Below, one piece after another: positions 30,182 to 32,000 of a stretch of DNA of 32,000 nt. Position 1 is the first letter of the stretch. Each line of letters begins with the position of its first letter. The translations under genes were made by a program, and so were the position numbers. Location of the stretch: positions 540,001-572,000 of the forward strand of contig OZ246396.1 of NCBI GenBank assembly GCA_965230905.1. The letters run 5' to 3'. Below the pieces are notes generated by a model. That model saw only the letters and a program-made list of their open reading frames with translations, did no database searches and was not told the DNA's origin. The DNA is from Candidatus Saccharimonadota bacterium. GTDB lineage: Bacteria; Patescibacteriota; Gracilibacteria; UBA1369; 2-02-FULL-48-14.

Positions 30182-31303
30182 CTATTCTCTGGTTAAAATT
30201 ACCCCTACTTCTAAAGACTCAGTTCCACTTTCGTAACGCTCTTGTTGAGCTTGGTCGATCTCTTCGAATCTTTGTTCTATGAGGCCTTGATTTTGGCTCA
30301 CCACGCTGCCCGCGATTCCGGTGGCGGCGAACCAAAGGACGGTGAAGAATATGATGGCGTTGGTACTCAAGATGCTGCGATTTTTTAGGAAACTGAGACC
30401 AATGAAGAAGAGAAGAAGTAGGGGCAAGAGGACGATGAGATAAACAGAAACGATGAAGACGATGTACATGAAATCGGTCGCCACGATGAAGTCTTTGAGG
30501 GTGTAAGTGGTGTCGGGAATCACGCCGCCGGAGAGCTGCCAAGTGAGAGCGAAGCTGAGTGCGCCGGCTCCTAAAATACCGCCGACGGCGAAGACAATAC
30601 CGAGCAAAATGCGGAGCACATTTAAGAGAGCATGGAAGATTTTGCCGAGCACTTGGAAGAACTGGGTGAGCAGCAGCTTTCCTTTAGCCCCGGCGTCTTT
30701 TACGCCACTTAGATCTTTTTTTTTTAAGTTCTCGACGCCTTTTTTCACGGATTTTTCGATCTCATGAAGGGTGAGGCGTTCGCCGCGCATCTCTGCTTTT
30801 TGAGCCGTGGTTTCGGCCACGGGCATAATGAGCCACAAGATGACGTAAATCACGATTCCAAAGCCGCCAAATAAAATAGTGATGAAGAAAATGAGGCGTA
30901 CGAGCACGGTTTCGATGCCAAAGTAGGCGCCGAGGCCGCTGCAGACTCCGGCAATGATTGCGTCGTCGGGGTCGCGATAGAGTTTTTTCTCGCCAGCTTC
31001 CTTGGGTTCGTCTGGAACTTCATCGTCATCCTCTTCCTCGCTCATTTTTTTGAAATCTTTCAAGGTGCCGATTTGTTCAATAATTCCGTCTACATCTTTT
31101 TCGGTCACGGCTCCGTCCTTGTTCTTCCGCTTGGAAAATTTCTCCGCAATGCTGGCTTCCAGATCTTCCACAATTTCGTCGCCGTCTTTGTCTTTGGAGA
31201 AATATTTCTTAATGGAGTCGAGGTAGGTTGAGAGTTTTTCGAAGGCATCGTCCTCCACATTGAAGACCATGCTGCCGATGGTGATGTTAATGACTTTTTT
31301 CAT
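30182..31303 (-). CDS. PspC-domain membrane protein
   Basis: 373-aa ORF. PspC domain LYRDPDDAIIAGVCSGLGAYFGIETVLVRLIFFITILFGGFGIVIYVILWLIMP, an acidic N-terminal cytoplasmic region, and several C-terminal TM helices. Confidence 0.85.
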   Translation of the reverse strand: MKKVINITIGSMVFNVEDDAFEKLSTYLDSIKKYFSKDKDGDEIVEDLEASIAEKFSKRKNKDGAVTEKDVDGIIEQIGTLKDFKKMSEEEDDDEVPDEPKEAGEKKLYRDPDDAIIAGVCSGLGAYFGIETVLVRLIFFITILFGGFGIVIYVILWLIMPVAETTAQKAEMRGERLTLHEIEKSVKKGVENLKKKDLSGVKDAGAKGKLLLTQFFQVLGKIFHALLNVLRILLGIVFAVGGILGAGALSFALTWQLSGGVIPDTTYTLKDFIVATDFMYIVFIVSVYLIVLLPLLLLFFIGLSFLKNRSILSTNAIIFFTVLWFAATGIAGSVVSQNQGLIEQRFEEIDQAQQERYESGTESLEVGVILTRE

Positions 31304-31626
31304 GAGTTGAGGGAATTAATAGAGGTGTATAGAGATTTCCAGGTGTCTTTGAGGCTTTCGAGTGCGCTGCGGCCTTTGTCCGTGAGCTTGTAGTATTTGC
31401 GGGGCGGACCGGACTTGGATTCTTTCCACGCGTACTCCACCAGTTCCTGCCGTTTTAGGCGGCTGAGTAGGGGGTAGAGCGTGCCTTCCACCACAATCAG
31501 TTCGGTGCCGCGCAGTTTTTTAAGAATGTCTGAAGCGTAGAGTTCCGCACCCTCAATCACCGCCAAAATCGCGAACTCCAAAATACCCTTCCGCATTTGG
31601 GCCTGAATATTTTCTAAGTAGTCCAT
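31300..31626 (-). CDS. PadR family transcriptional regulator
   Basis: 108-aa ORF with a winged-helix PadR signature: ILEFAILAVI...YASDILKKL...GTLYPLLSRLKRQELVEYAWKESKSGPPRKYYKLTDKG. It overlaps the PspC gene by 4 nt. Confidence 0.88.
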   Translation of the reverse strand: MDYLENIQAQMRKGILEFAILAVIEGAELYASDILKKLRGTELIVVEGTLYPLLSRLKRQELVEYAWKESKSGPPRKYYKLTDKGRSALESLKDTWKSLYTSINSLNS

Positions 31627-31632
31627 GGGTGC

Positions 31633-31661
31633 AGTGTATCACTCAGTACTATGCAATACAA
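31633..31661 (-). promoter_or_regulatory. Candidate padR promoter/operator (leaderless geometry)
   Basis: On the minus strand: TTGTAT (31656-31661), 17-nt spacer, TACACT (31633-31638), 6 nt, ATG 31626. The region contains the partial palindrome TGTAT-N5-AGTACT-N5-ATACA. Confidence 0.4.
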
Positions 31662-31691
31662 GGGCTAGTGGTGGGTGCGGAAGGCGGACTT

Positions 31692-32000
31692 TTAAAATAA
31701 AGCAAAGCGGACATCCCAGCCGGCGCGCAGCAGAGTGCTCATCACGGGGCTTTTTATTTCGCCGGGAACAAAGCGGTAGTCGTAGAGTTTGCCGAGGCTG
31801 AAATTTTCACGGATGCCCCAGGCTTTGCCGATGGAAAATTGCATCATGATTCCCCGGAAAAAAGTGAAACTTTGATGAAAGCCCTTTATGCCCAGGCTCC
31901 ATTCTATGCGAGTTTCCATATCGATGAGACGAGCTTCATGTTTTTCTGGACTGAAAATAATGTGGAGGCGATAGTTCCCGCTCATACCTGCCTTTTTGAA
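31692..32000 (-). CDS. Hypothetical beta-strand-rich protein; probably 5'-truncated by the right window edge
   Basis: The frame remains open upstream of the track's Met (31985) to the window end. Alternating hydrophobic pattern (RLHIIFS, TRIEWSLGI, FTFFRGIMMQFSIG) and a C-terminus of GWDVRFALF. Confidence 0.45.
   Translation of the reverse strand, partial: FKKAGMSGNYRLHIIFSPEKHEARLIDMETRIEWSLGIKGFHQSFTFFRGIMMQFSIGKAWGIRENFSLGKLYDYRFVPGEIKSPVMSTLLRAGWDVRFALF

Noticed and set aside
1-32000. CRISPR arrays, IS elements/transposases, prophage genes, rRNA, diversity-generating retroelement
   Set aside because: I saw no regularly spaced direct repeats, no DDE/serine/tyrosine recombinase or reverse-transcriptase motifs, and no long near-identical template/variable repeat pair. 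The two SLH genes are diverged paralogs, not TR/VR copies.

Overview
This is a gene-dense bacterial chromosomal window that reads cleanly with the standard genetic code. GC looks mid-range by eye, with some visibly AT-richer inserts; I did not compute it.

Backbone genes:
- a class A penicillin-binding protein (1-1886, minus), open at the left window edge, absent from the ORF track and translated by hand
- pheS-pheT, HU, topA, a phosphohexomutase, nadE, smpB and rpmB
- an M50 membrane protease and an ABC exporter
- tRNA-Ser(GGA) and tRNA-Thr(GGT)

Accessory and envelope content:
- an RHH+PIN (vapBC-like) pair
- a lytic-transglycosylase + M23-peptidase pair, both lacking signal peptides
- an orphan secreted protein of about 907 aa
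- two paralogous acidic secreted proteins, each ending in three SLH repeats, flanking tRNA-Thr
- a Fic protein and a PadR-PspC pair
- a 17.3-22.1 kb block of lipoproteins, DUF1801/DUF1697 genes and orphan genes

I saw no rRNA, CRISPR array, transposase, integrase or phage structural gene.

Most notable signals:
1. A hairpin element occurs twice (9191-9264 and 22521-22592). Both copies share an identical 26-nt core, but their long stems differ in sequence and are each perfectly self-complementary.
2. A promoter- and terminator-bounded RNA candidate of about 260 nt lies at 6235-6492. Its ends form a helix of about 25 bp, and it carries RNase P RNA-like motifs.
3. The two cell-wall hydrolases share an N-terminal amphipathic SLG[RK]xLxxxFG helix followed by an acidic linker.
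4. A -10-like hexamer sits exactly 6 nt upstream of the ATG at five genes, which suggests leaderless mRNAs.

All protein calls come from motif recognition by eye, not database searches. I cannot assign taxonomy from this window.
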